From the NCBI GenBank assembly GCA_009914755.4, contig CP068257.2:40896001-40960000 (forward strand): a DNA stretch of 64,000 nt. The letters are read 5' to 3'. The notes beneath the pieces were generated by a model. The model saw nothing but the letters and a program-made list of their open reading frames with translations. It was not told the DNA's origin and made no database searches. A program made the position numbers and the translations under genes. This document shows, in pieces, positions 12,212 through 24,372 of this stretch; the first letter of the stretch is position 1, and each line of letters begins with the position of its first letter. The stretch comes from the human T2T-CHM13v2.0 reference genome, Homo sapiens.

Positions 12212-13658
12212 GTGAGTCCTGGTGGGGCAGGCCCTTGGCATGGAGCTGTGTATAGGTGAGGGCTACTGTGCAGGTAGTTGTGTTGCCCCAGTTTCATTAT
12301 AAAACACATAAAACTTGAATCACTGACCTCACCCATAACCGTTGAATTGCTTTTTGGTGGTGGAAGCCGTGACCCAGAACAGTGCTGAGGTGTCCTTTGT
12401 CCTTGGTACTGGCATTGTCAGATAGTGTTTGGGCTCCCGCGTGGTCTCCAGTGGTTTCTCTAAGAACCATGGTCCCTACAGAAAAATGACCACTGACTAC
12501 CAGCAGGGTTAGCAAATGGCTGTGGTGAAATAAGCACATAACTTATATATAAGTTACACAACTCTGAGATCAGATGAGTGGCCTTGCCGGGGCAGAACTT
12601 TCAGAGAGAAAATGAAATGTTCTGGTGCAGCCCAGAATGCTGCTTTCCGTTCAGAGAGTGCCTCGCCTTGCATATTCTGAGAATCCTTCTCTTAGGTGGC
12701 CTCATTAATTCCATTCTCCTTGAAGGAAACAGTTGACAAGCCCAGAGTCTGAAGCTGGGCTCCCTGGCCTCTAACTTGTCCTGCTGACCTCTTCTGGGAG
12801 AGGAAAAACTTTGCTTCTACCCTCGTAGGTTCTGTTTTGGGGGACCTGGGAATTAAACTGACAAAAGACAGACTAGCAAGAGAAAAGACAGATTTCACCA
12901 CTTATGTACGAGAGGTCATAGAAAAGTGTCCCTCAAAGGGGCATTTAGAATTCTGGGCTTATGCACCGTCCGTCCTTCACAGGGGAAGGGGAGTGAGAGA
13001 AAGGTACCTGTGGGCAAACGAATGGCTTTTTGGAAAGACAAGTGGGCCCTCAAGAGAACAGAGAACAGATGGGCGATGTGGTAGTTTTGTGATCATTCCT
13101 GTTTCAGTGCAGTGTGGAGGCTTCTCATCTCCAGTGGTAAGAGTCCTGTTTCCCTGGCCCCTCCTAAGGGACAGGATTTATAGCAGATGGATTCTTTTGA
13201 CTTCTTTTGGGGAACTCTGCTTTTCAGTAGCTAAGAGAATTCAGGAACGCAAATGCCTTCTGCTCAAAATGATTTTGATGCCACAGCGGCAGATTCTGGG
13301 CCCATTCATCTCCTCCACGCCAACCCCCTGGCAGCCCCCAGCCCTGTGCAGCTTCTCAGCCCTGCTGGTTGGTGGAGCATCCACAGGGTGTCTCAGGTTT
13401 GATTTGAGGGCATCTGTGTTCTTCAACCAGATTGCTTCTCTTCTTGACTTATTTCATGTCTGCTGTGAGTCTAGCCACAAGTGCCTGAACACTTAGGTTT
13501 TATTTAGTGAATGTCTAGCTTCTTCATTTTGTAAGTTTATTTTGATATAATTTCAAACTCACGTAACTTACTAACATCTGTAAGAATGTTCCTGTAGAAC
13601 CGCTGTATGTCAAAGATTAACATTTAGCCTCATCTGCTTCTCTCCCTGCCCCTCCACA

Positions 13659-13730
13659 GTGTGTGTGTGTGTGTGTGTGTGTGCATGTGTGTAGATGTAT
13701 GTTTGTACACACACACTTTTCTGAACCACT
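13659..13730. repeat. Compound (GT)n/(CA)n microsatellite
   Basis: gtgtgtgtgtgtgtgtgtgtgtgtgcatgtgtgtagatgtatgtttgtacacacaca. Confidence 0.9.
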
Positions 13731-14332
13731 TGAGAGTAAGTTGCAGACATCATACCCTCTTATTTGTAAATACTTCCGTGTGTATTTCCTATGAATAAGA
13801 CATTCTCTTATAAAACCACAGCAAAAAGATCAAAATCAGGAAATTTAACACCGATAAGATACTGTTATCTAACCCACAGTCCATGTTAAAAACGATATCA
13901 AATGTCAAATATCTGTGATAGCATTTCTTCTTCTGTTCAGGATCTAGTTCGGGTTCATACATTGCGTTTAATTATCCTATGGGTCTCGTCTCTTCATCTA
14001 GCACTGTTCCTCGGCCTTTTTTCATCTTTTCTGACCTTGGCTTTTTTTCCTTCTTCTTCTGAGACAATGGCCTTGTTGTGTTTGAAGAGTTCAAGCCACT
14101 TATTTTATAGAATGTGCCACATTTTAACTTTGTTATTTCCTCATCCTCATGATTAGATTCAGATTATGCATTTTTGACAGAAATCCCATAGAAATGAGGC
14201 AGCTTTCTCTTTAATGGAGAAGGAGCTATAGGCATGGGAAGAGGGAGGGGAACTGGAAGGAACTGAGTGAGGTTGGATTGGAATGAAAGTTCTCGGGATA
14301 AACTGGTGATGGTCGATATAGAAATAGAGAAG

Positions 14333-14367
14333 GGTGTGTGTGTGCGTGTGTGTGGGTGTGTGTGTGT
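14333..14367. repeat. Imperfect (GT)n microsatellite
   Basis: gtgtgtgtgtgcgtgtgtgtgggtgtgtgtgtgt. Confidence 0.85.
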
Positions 14368-15534
14368 AAAATGCACCCCGCTAGGAGGTCCTGGGAACAG
14401 TAAGAGCACTAAAGTGAGCACACTTTGGTCCGGGATCTTGGTTTCTGCATGGCATCTCCCACTAAAAGGAGCCAGGAGTCCTTGGAGACCTGGCCAATGC
14501 CAGGACTGGGGCAGGGCAAGGAATAGATGAGCCCAGAACATCTTGTGCCAGAAAATAAGGAAGTACTTACAAACAAAGGGACTCTGACTTGTCAAATCTA
14601 GGACAATCTGAGATTTACAATAAATGAGACTCATGAATGATAGCCCATTGAATAGCGTAAGATTCGGCGAGTCCTACTGATATAACTAAAGAAGTAGGAG
14701 AAATGCACGCTCGCCGTACAGTGGAAGCTGGCCGCTAGGTGGAGCGGGGATGTGGAGCCGCTGCAGGGTACCCAGCGCAGGCACAGAACGCCATGGATGC
14801 ACCCCGTGGGGCGGCAGCTTGAGGAACAGGATATCTACATTATCTCAAAGCAGGTTCCCAGAAATTCCATATTCATTACTTAGAGGGAAACGTAGTGGTT
14901 TCACTGAGGAACTATGAGGCAGACAGCACTTTAACCAATGACCAACGTCAGTGTCACTGCCCTCCTGCACCTTCTGACGGGATACTCTGAACAGGACATG
15001 GCATCGCTTCTCTGTCTCAGAAAACATAGACAGAATTACAAAATAAAAAAGGATTTTGGGAGGGCTGTTTGGCTTCTGGGGGTTTGAGCCCATCCATGCT
15101 GCAGAGTGAAGCAGAGGATGTCTTTGGACTAATTTCTGCACCAAATCATATCACTCAGTAATTCTCAAAAGTGTTTCTTTATTCCTTATTTGCATGTGAT
15201 TGAGGTAATAACAGTCAAACAAGGAGACAGATATTTTGCATGGAGCCTCTCACCCTAAGCAGGCTGCCATTCACCTGAGAACACGTGGTCTTCCAGAACA
15301 TCTCTGAGGAGGCCCAGAGGGGCACCCCCATCTGGTGCTGTCATTGCTGAGACCTGCTTTTTTGCTAGAAATGTGGGATTTTTCATATTGGTGGAAGCCA
15401 AGCATGCTATAAGTAGTCATAACTGCAAAAAGTAAGCAGAACACTGAGGAGCAGATAGATTAGATCATTTATTTTTTTATTGTATTTGTTTTATATTCAT
15501 AAGTCTAAACATAACACAAAACAAAAATGAAAGG

Positions 15535-15965
15535 ATTATATTAGCCTCCTGGGGCTGCTGTAACATGGTACCACAAGCTGGGTGTCTTGAAACAACAGGA
15601 ATTTACCCTCTCACATCCCTGGAGGTCAGAAGTCCAAAGTCAAAGTGTCAGCAGGGCCACACTTCCTCTGCAGGCTCCGGGGACAGACCCTTCCTTGCCT
15701 CTTCCAGCTCCTGCTGCTGCCGCCGTTCTTGGCTGGTGGCTGCATCACACCAGTCTCTGCCTGTGTGGCCACGTGGCCTCCCTTCCTGTCTCTGAGTCTT
15801 TGCGTGGCCTTCTGGTGAGGACGCCAGTCATTGGAATGAGGGCTCACTCTATCTAATATGACCTCACCTGAGCTAATCATGTCTACATGACCCTATTTCC
15901 AAATAAGGTCACGTTCTGAGGTTTTGGGTGGACATGAAATTATGGGGGATGATATTCAACCCAGT
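15535..15965 (+). mobile_element. Ancient MER/LTR-class interspersed repeat. I recognise the consensus pattern but am not certain of the family name.
   Basis: tattagcctcctggggctgctgtaacatggtaccacaagctgggtgtcttgaaacaacaggaatttaccctctcacatccctggaggtcagaagtccaaagtcaaagtgtcagcagggcc ... ccagtcattggaatgagggctcactctatctaatatgacctcacctgagctaatcatgtctacatgaccctatttccaaataaggtcacgttctgaggtt. This matches a common mammalian-wide repeat consensus. Confidence 0.7.
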
Positions 15966-18900
15966 ACAAAATGAACAAAAGGAAACATATCATCCAAAAC
16001 ATCTGCTTTATAAATGATAAAGAAAACGTAGATAGAATTACGAAATAAGAAAGGACTTCGGGAGGGCTGTTTGGCTTCTGGGGGTTTGAGCCCATCCATG
16101 CTGCAGAGTGAAGCGTCTGCCTACCCAGAGGCCAGGCGTATCGGGGTGACAACCAGCAAGGCAGCGGCCCGAGTGTGGCTGCCGCGGTTTAGCAATAGTC
16201 ACGGGAGCTGAAGTCAGACCTTTCAAAGAGGAAAGTCTAGCCTCCAGCCACTGCGTCCCCCATCCCCAAGCCCCAAGTCCTAAGTACAGAAGATGAAGAA
16301 ATGAGAGAGGAAAGACGAATTTGGAAATAGAAGTAGAGTTGGCCTGACACCAGCTAAATAAATACAGCGTTTTCCTCTTCAGTCTTTAGGGACATTCCAG
16401 TTTGCTGTGTAAATGGACCCTTCACCCAATTCTACAGGATGGCTTCTGTCAGCCTGGCTACACCGTGGCAGTGACTCTTCCCAAAGGGTCTCATTCATTA
16501 AGGTGTCTCCCTCCACACAAGGCTGAACTAAAGGTTCCAGAGGCATGTGCTGCCCCTTGTGTGCTCCTCAGTGTTCTCAGGGCATCTCTAGGCGTGTGCT
16601 GTGAGCACCAGCCGGGAGTCACCCCGCAGAGGAAGGCAGGAGCCCAGAACGCATCACCAGGGCCTGATCACCCAAGCAGCCCTGACCATTGGGAACGCGG
16701 TGTGTGTCGGGGCCTCAGCACTCTTCAGACCTCAGCCCGACAAAGGGAGACAGCCTTCCTTCTGGGCTGTCTGGGTGGAGAGTGGAGATGTGAACCCACA
16801 GCCCATAGGACAGAGCTGCTCTTCTCAAAATCCTTCCTAGCTGGGTGATAACACCTGTAGAACTGGCACTGTGGATGGAGAATCCTCCTGCATGGAGCAG
16901 GAGAGATGGTCCATGGACTTGTCTGAGACTGGGGAGGTGCTGGAGGCAACTTGGCCTGAGAACTTTGTTCACCTGTTTTGAGGAGATTGGAGAAGGAAAC
17001 CCTGTACTCCAGTGAGGGCCGATCAGGGTCACCCATCAGCCTTACTTGCCCTAGTCAGCTCCAGCAGGTGGGGTGGAAGTGACCAGTTTGTCAAGCTGTG
17101 GGCTGGACAAGTGAGCATTGAGGGCCGGTGAAGCCCAGTGGCCTGGAATCTTCCTGCACCAGCAGTCGAAGGCGTGAGAAGCAGTGGTGGCCTAACAGAG
17201 AGCTTCATCCAAAGCGCTGAGACTTTCTTTCCTTGCCAGAAAGGATGGTTTTCAGAAACACGAGGACAGAGGCCGGGGCTTCTGGAGCAAATCCACTGTA
17301 CCCACATAGCCTTTGTTCTTTGGGCTTTGGGATAAATGATAGGCTCGCCTTTTAGGGTTTCGCTTTTTTCCCATTTGGCCCTTGCCATGGGCTTGGAGAG
17401 GAAGAATTGGAGAAAGGCCATTGGAAGATAGTTCCCTGATGAAGAAGAGAGCACTGGGGAATTTCTGTCTTCAGTCAGCAGGTATTCTGCGAGTTGGTTT
17501 GGTTTGGTTCCTTCCCCAAAGGCACAGGCATTCCAAAGGTTGTAGTTTTGTGTCACACGGAGCCACCAACCTTTCTTTCCCACCTGAAATATGGCCTTTT
17601 TTTTTTTTAAGAAAAATCTGGAAATATTTATTTGACCCCTACTTTAGCTGGTGACCAGAGAAGAAGGCAGCTCTGGGATCCTAGGATTTTAGTTACTTGT
17701 GGAAAGCTTCCCTCGGAGTAAATCACAACATTAAAAATGTAGATGCGCAGCTGGGAGAAGCAACCCCTTATCCCAGGGACTCTCGGAAACGCTGCCTTTC
17801 TTTGTCCTGTGTAGGACGCCACCTTAGGTAATTATTGATTCAGGTTGTTGGTGGCGCCATTTGAAGTCTCTTCCCAGGCCACAAGCAGGACAGGTTCTCC
17901 AGGGTAGGGAGATGTGCCTAGGACACAGAAGAGCTGCCCCTCGCCTTCCACTCCTGTCAAATACTTCTTTCTCCCAACCCATTTTGTTGCCCCAAAAAGT
18001 ATTTTTCTATGCGGTGGTTGAGACTCTTAGACTGGAGTTGCCCTTTGTCTTCTTTCTAAGGCACCTTCTTTTCTTCTTTCTTCCTCACACTCATGCTGAC
18101 TCTTTCGGCTGCTTTTCTCCCAGCCAAACTGAGCGAGGGGCTTTGTACCAGTGTTTCTGTCACTGGCCTATTGAGAGCCTGCCAGCGTCACTGCCTTTTT
18201 CTCTTTGAGGGCCGTGAAATATTTATATGTCTGCCTTGCTTGTGTGCTTCTGAAAAGTTGCATAGAAACCAAAGAGCCAAAAATAAATATGATCTTAATT
18301 GCCCAGGATAGCAGGCTACGCCAGAAACTTGTGGTTAGTTTTGTTGTAAACTAAACATTTCATCGTGCTTGTTCTGCTTTGTAAACTCAAGTGTGCATCT
18401 CGAGTCCCAGGTTTCCCTTTGGTTACGGTTTCTTTAAATAGATGAATGCTTTTGATATTGTGACGTAATAATAAGAAACATGCTTTTGGTCTCTGGCCCT
18501 GGTTCTGGGCACACAGCTCCTACAACCTTTAGTGCTGAGTGTCTTTTTGTTTGCTAATGAGGTGACTGTGGCGGGCCCCAGGACAACCTCCTGGGGGACT
18601 GGTTGCCAGGGCAACCGACCACGTGATTAGAGGTTGGGACTCCACCCGTGGACCTCTGGGGAGGGGAGGGAGCCCGCAGAGGTGGAGTGGATCACCAGTG
18701 GCCGGTGTTCTGCTCGATCGTGCCTGTGTAATGAGGCCTCCACAGACTCCCTCAACGACAGCGTTTGGGGGCTTGCAGGCTGCTGAGCACGGGGAGGTTC
18801 CCGGAGGGTGGAGCCCTGGCGAGGGCACAGCAGCTCCGAGCTCCCTGCCCCATACCTCGCCCTGTGCATCTCTTCATCTGTATGTATTCTTTGTAACATC

Positions 18901-19475
18901 GTTTATAATAAAGCAGTAAATGTGTTTCCCTGAGTTCTACGAGCTGCTCTGGCAAATTAATCGAACCTGAGAAGGGGTTCTTGGGAACCACCCTGAGAGC
19001 CAGTTGGTCAGAGGAGCAGGTCACAACCTGGGGCTTGTTGCCATTGGCATGTGAAGCGGGGCAGCCTCGGCCGGAGCCCCGCCCTGTGGGGGCTGATGCT
19101 GACTCCTGGAAGACAGTGTGAGAATTGAATTCACTTAGAGGACATCCAGTGTCAGCTGGAGAATTGCTTGGTATATGGGGAAAACCCCTACACACGTAGT
19201 GTTAGAAGTATGGTATGTTGTGTGTTGTGCATGAGGGTAGGAAAAGCAGTCTGGTTTTTCCTGTCTCTTACAGTGTTCAGTTTCCATTTGGATAAAGCAA
19301 ACGTGGCAATATTTTTTAATGTTCCAATATTATAGTGACATAAGTAATATTGATAATGGCTGTAGAACTGAATGAATAATACACAGCATAAGAACGTTTC
19401 AGAACACAGTGATATGTATTCCTAACATAACTTCTGTTATTTCATATCATCCTCTCCCACTGTTTTGTGTTTCAG

Positions 19476-19557
19476 GTACAGAGCCTTCATTTTTATTTTG
19501 ACATTTCTGCTGTATGCAAGTTTTCACTTATCTCGAAAGCCTATCAGCATAGTTAAG
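19476..19557 (+). CDS. SLC37A1: SLC37A1 coding exon 2: completes the W codon, then YRAFIFILTFLLYASFHLSRKPISIVK
   Basis: Acceptor tgttttgtgtttcag|G at 19475|19476 and donor AAG|gtaaga at 19557|19558. The peptide is the first transmembrane segment of the SLC37 / major-facilitator sugar-phosphate exchanger family. Confidence 0.88.
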
Positions 19558-21239
19558 GTAAGAATCATGGAAAGCACTGCCTGTCGTCTCTGTGAGGAGT
19601 TCGTCACTTGAAAAGCTTGTGGGGCAGAGGATGGGGATGGTAGCAGGTACATGGGGAAACAGATTATGTAGAAACAAGTTATTCTGCTGCTTTGGCTTTT
19701 CGGTTTCCCTTTGCTAAAATTAAAGTCTTTTAAATGTTTTTTGGATTTATACTTTCAGAGGTAGTAGACTTTTAGTTTTATTAGTTGACATTTCCAGAAT
19801 TTGAAAGCTTAGCTAAATATTTATTTTATCTTGTGTGACTGTTCCTTCCAAATGTATCCAGTCTTAAGTGGTTCCCCAAATTCCAGCTCTTCGTGCGATC
19901 CAACCCTAGGTCTGGCTGCGGAGGTGGCTCTCCATTGTTCTTGGAACGCTGCATTTTTGTCTGAGTGATGGGTGGGCAGGAAGTTGTTAAGCAGGTGTTC
20001 TACTAGACTTTGAGAAAAGAAGATTAAAGCAGACAAGCCTACATAATCACCAGTTATAACCTGGAGAAAAGCAGGAATAATTTTCTTACCCTCATTGGGA
20101 TTACGTCACCCGGCCTGTAGACCATCAGGGGCCTGAGAGGCATTAGAGTCTCTATCGTAGAAGAACGAGGAAATCATCCACTGCCAGAGACAGTGCATTC
20201 ACAGCCCAGTGGCCCCTCGCTCACTCTCCGGGAGTTGGCAGGGACCCAGCTCCAGGACTGCAATTCTGTGACCTTTGGAGCTGTGCTTCCTCCACTCCTG
20301 CCAGTGGCTGAGCCCTGGGTGGCTGCCCTCTGCAGCCCTGGTCGGCAGAGGCAATGCAGAGGCTGGCTGTTTTGTGACGGTCCTAGGTTCCCCACTCTCC
20401 AGCAGCTTTCAGGGGATGTTAAACATTCATTTACCCAAAAGATTCTAAAATTCCCCCTTGGCCCCTGATAAGCAAGAAACTTCCATGCCTCTCAAGTTGT
20501 TGACTGTGGAAAACGTTTGCAGACCTTTGAAAATGTGGTTTTTAAGAGAGAAGAATATGAAAAGAGGTGGTGGGCCTTAAACACTCATCCGCTTGACAAG
20601 AAACTCTCAAATCAGTACCAGTAACCAGTCATTATAAATCTGAATACTACTACTTCTTGTCTTTCTGGTTAGAGAAATATACAAACAGCTCAAGAAAATG
20701 GTAAATTATAAAGATGGAAGTGACTATTGAAGAGACTTGGTGAGCGTGTTGGAGTTGAAGGATCTGGTGTAGTTGGGGAGCTTGTGTGGGGTTTCAGGAT
20801 TGACCTAGAAAGGTTGGGTGTGGATTGTAGGGGAAGAAAAACAGCTTTACAGGTGGGAGAACTGCCTTGAGTGCTACGTGCAGGGATGGGCATCTCCATG
20901 AAGGCACCACCTGTTGGGCTGGGGGGCTGTTGGGGCAGATGTAGCGTGTAAGGTGGGCTGGCCTTTGGGGGAATCTTTGTCAGGCCACAGCTGTTGGGGT
21001 CCACCTGATGACTATGAGGGCCCCTGTGAGCCAGGAGCAAGTGGGAGCCCTGTCCCGGTCCCTCTCCCGGCTTTCCTGGTGGTCCATCTCAAAGCCCCCG
21101 CCCCTGACTCTCGTGTGTAGTGGTGTCCAGGCCACTCAAGACTTAGGGCTTCTGAGGAGGCGGCGTCAGGGTCAGCTCTTAGTTCAGTGTCATAAGTAAC
21201 AATATAAATAACTGCCGCTTACAGAGCCCTGGGGTATGA

Positions 21240-21430
21240 CAAACTGCCACATACATTACCCCTGTGATCCTCACAGCAACCCTGCGAGTGCCCCTGTGAG
21301 GAAATTGAGGCTCGGGTCTTCGTTCCCCAGGCAGGGCTGCCACACACTCGAGAATTCCCTGTGGGTCAGGCTGCCTCCAGGGCCCCTACTCATCCTCTCT
21401 GTGCCTCAGGGTTTGTCCGGGTTTAATTAC
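21240..21430 (-). mobile_element. MIR SINE fragment (antisense)
   Basis: cctcacagcaaccctgcgagtgcccctgtgaggaaattgaggctcgggtcttcgttccccaggcagggctgccacacactc is the reverse complement of the MIR core ...gaggaaactgaggcacagagaggttaagtaacttgcccaaggtcacaca.... Confidence 0.6.
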
Positions 21431-22243
21431 CTGAGTACAGTCCCAGCATCACCCTCAGAGCCTCCTAAACGCACAGATTTCCTGACCTAGCAGCTGCGAT
21501 GTGCCTGGGCATGGATTGGCTTGACGCTGAATCCTGTGGGTTTCTTTACCTTTCAAGATAGATCAGAACATCACACCACATCAAAACTAAACTTTATAGT
21601 GCCTTCTGAAGCGCCCGTGTGCTTGAGCTCATGATATAAATGGCATCAACGAAACTGAAAGTAGTAGTGATTCTGTTGACCCACAAAACAGTTGAGTGAT
21701 TATTTATAGCCTGCATTTCCCAGAATATTGTAAGCAAAACCAAAGCAAAATGTATTTGCTTACTTGAAATTGAACCAGAGGCTGTGAATTAGAAAGTGAG
21801 TCTTATTCTGTTATGTCATTTATAGAATGACACGGCACACCAGGTCACATTTAAGTTAGTTAAATGGAATGTTTAGACTTACCTTTGATCACTGCTGATT
21901 AATTGTATTTTTCTCGATGATGATGATAAAACCAGGGCTGGGAGGATAGTGGTGTTATAAGTGCAACCCTGTCCCTTCTATCTGCTGCTCCAGCTGTGGC
22001 CTAGCCTCAGGACTCAAGGCAAGCGTCTGCCCAAGCTGGTAGACAGGTGAGTCTGACTCCCAGCAGAGATCTTAGTGCGAGCTCTTTTCACCTGGACTGG
22101 GCCAGAAAAGAAACCTGAAAGCAGAGGCTTCCCGGAGAAGCTTAAACTGCAGGGGTCCCTGGAGCCAGGGGGATGGCAGCATTGATTTGAATGTGAGTGT
22201 GCCCACCCCTCTCTGGACACACAGGACTTAAAAGGAGAAAACT

Positions 22244-22537
<294 letters not shown>

Positions 22538-22986
22538 GAAATAAAATAATCCTCAGTGGCAGACAGAAAACAAAGTCTGAAAAGCTGGAAGTATGTACTA
22601 TGGGTGGGAAACTTGTTATTTGGAAAGTTCCAATTCTCCCAGTGTTAATATTTAAATAAAATGCAACTCCAGTGAAAATCTTAGCAGGGTTTTTTTTAAT
22701 TGAATAAAATAATCTTAAAGTTTGTATGAAAGAATGTCCAGGAATTATCAAGAAAAGTGTAAAGATAACATTTTATGATATGAAAATATGCAAAAGATTA
22801 ACATATTTTAATACCATAATCAAATTATGATATTACATGAGAATAGACAAAAAAGTCAGTAGAATAGATTAGAAAATATGGAATATTTGACAGAGCTTAT
22901 TTAATAAATTTAATAAATGGTGTCGGCACAACTGGTTATTCGTCAGGAAGAAATAAATGTTGAATCCCTATTTTATAAAAACAAAT

Positions 22987-23275
<289 letters not shown>

Positions 23276-24293
23276 TGGATTAAAGACATGAATGTAAAAT
23301 ACAAAAAGTACAAATCCAAGAAGAAAATTATGTTTATCGTAGGAGTGAGTGTGAAGTTAGGAAACCCAAAGAAACAACGGGCAAGGGGGATGAACAAGCA
23401 GTTTACAGACACGGAATTCAGATCGCCAGGAAATATGTGAATGGTGTTCGAGTCTGCCGGTATTCCATATGCAAATTAAGGCAACACTGTGCTCAGTGGC
23501 TGGCACAGCATTGCCCAGGGCAGTAAGCGCTATTCACTGGTCGTGAGGGGAGAGGAGTTTTCATGCGTTCTTGATGGGATGTCAAGCGTTAGCGCCTTTT
23601 GGTGACACCCAGTGAAATAAAAAACACTACAGCCTTCAGACATACTTCTGGGAATTTCACCCTAAAAATAAAAGCACCTTACTTAGGAATATCTTCATAA
23701 GCATCTTTATGGCAGCTTTGTAGTGACCAAAAAAAGCAAAAAGGAAAAAAAAACAATGCTGGATATCAAGGGAACCTAATAAGTAGGTAAAAGTTTGAAT
23801 AAATTATCACAAGTCCGTATTATGAAATGTGCAGGTCCCTAAAAGAATTCATCACAGGCAAACCAGTTGACTCAGAAACATTTCCAGGAGGTACTTTGAG
23901 TAAGAAGTTAACATGTGCATAAGGATGTATAGAATGATTCCATTTTTGAGAAGTAAACAATGACCAAGAAGCTCCTCCATCTATTTCTGTATCCTTCATG
24001 AGTGGAGCATTTGCGTGTCTGTCCCTGAGTGTGTATAATGCATTTCACGTGGCACCTGTGACTCATCGCAGGAGGCTGGCCGTGGGCAGGTGCTGTTGTC
24101 TGTGGGGGAGAGCCTGGCTGGTCGCTCCTACTTTTGGTACCAAAACTGTAATTGCTCTTCCAGGACTTAGATAATGCTTTGGAGAATTCTTGTAGCCTTA
24201 TAAAAGGAATGTGAAGGACTGGTTAGAATCAGTGCACCCACACAGCCTAATGAGCCACGTAAAGTTGACTAGACAGATCGTCAAATGCAGATG

Positions 24294-24294
<1 letters not shown>

Positions 24295-24363
<69 letters not shown>

Positions 24364-24372
24364 CCCCCCCCT
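24295..24372. repeat. (CA)n microsatellite of about 33 units, followed immediately by a C12 homopolymer
   Basis: Directly visible as cacacaca... across 24295-24360, then cccccccccccc. Confidence 0.95.

Noticed and set aside
12837-13496. 219-codon plus-strand ORF in intron 2
   Set aside because: It starts with TTG rather than ATG, has no recognisable domain or family motif, and is not flanked by splice signals that would join it to SLC37A1. A window of this size is expected to contain a few ORFs of this length by chance.
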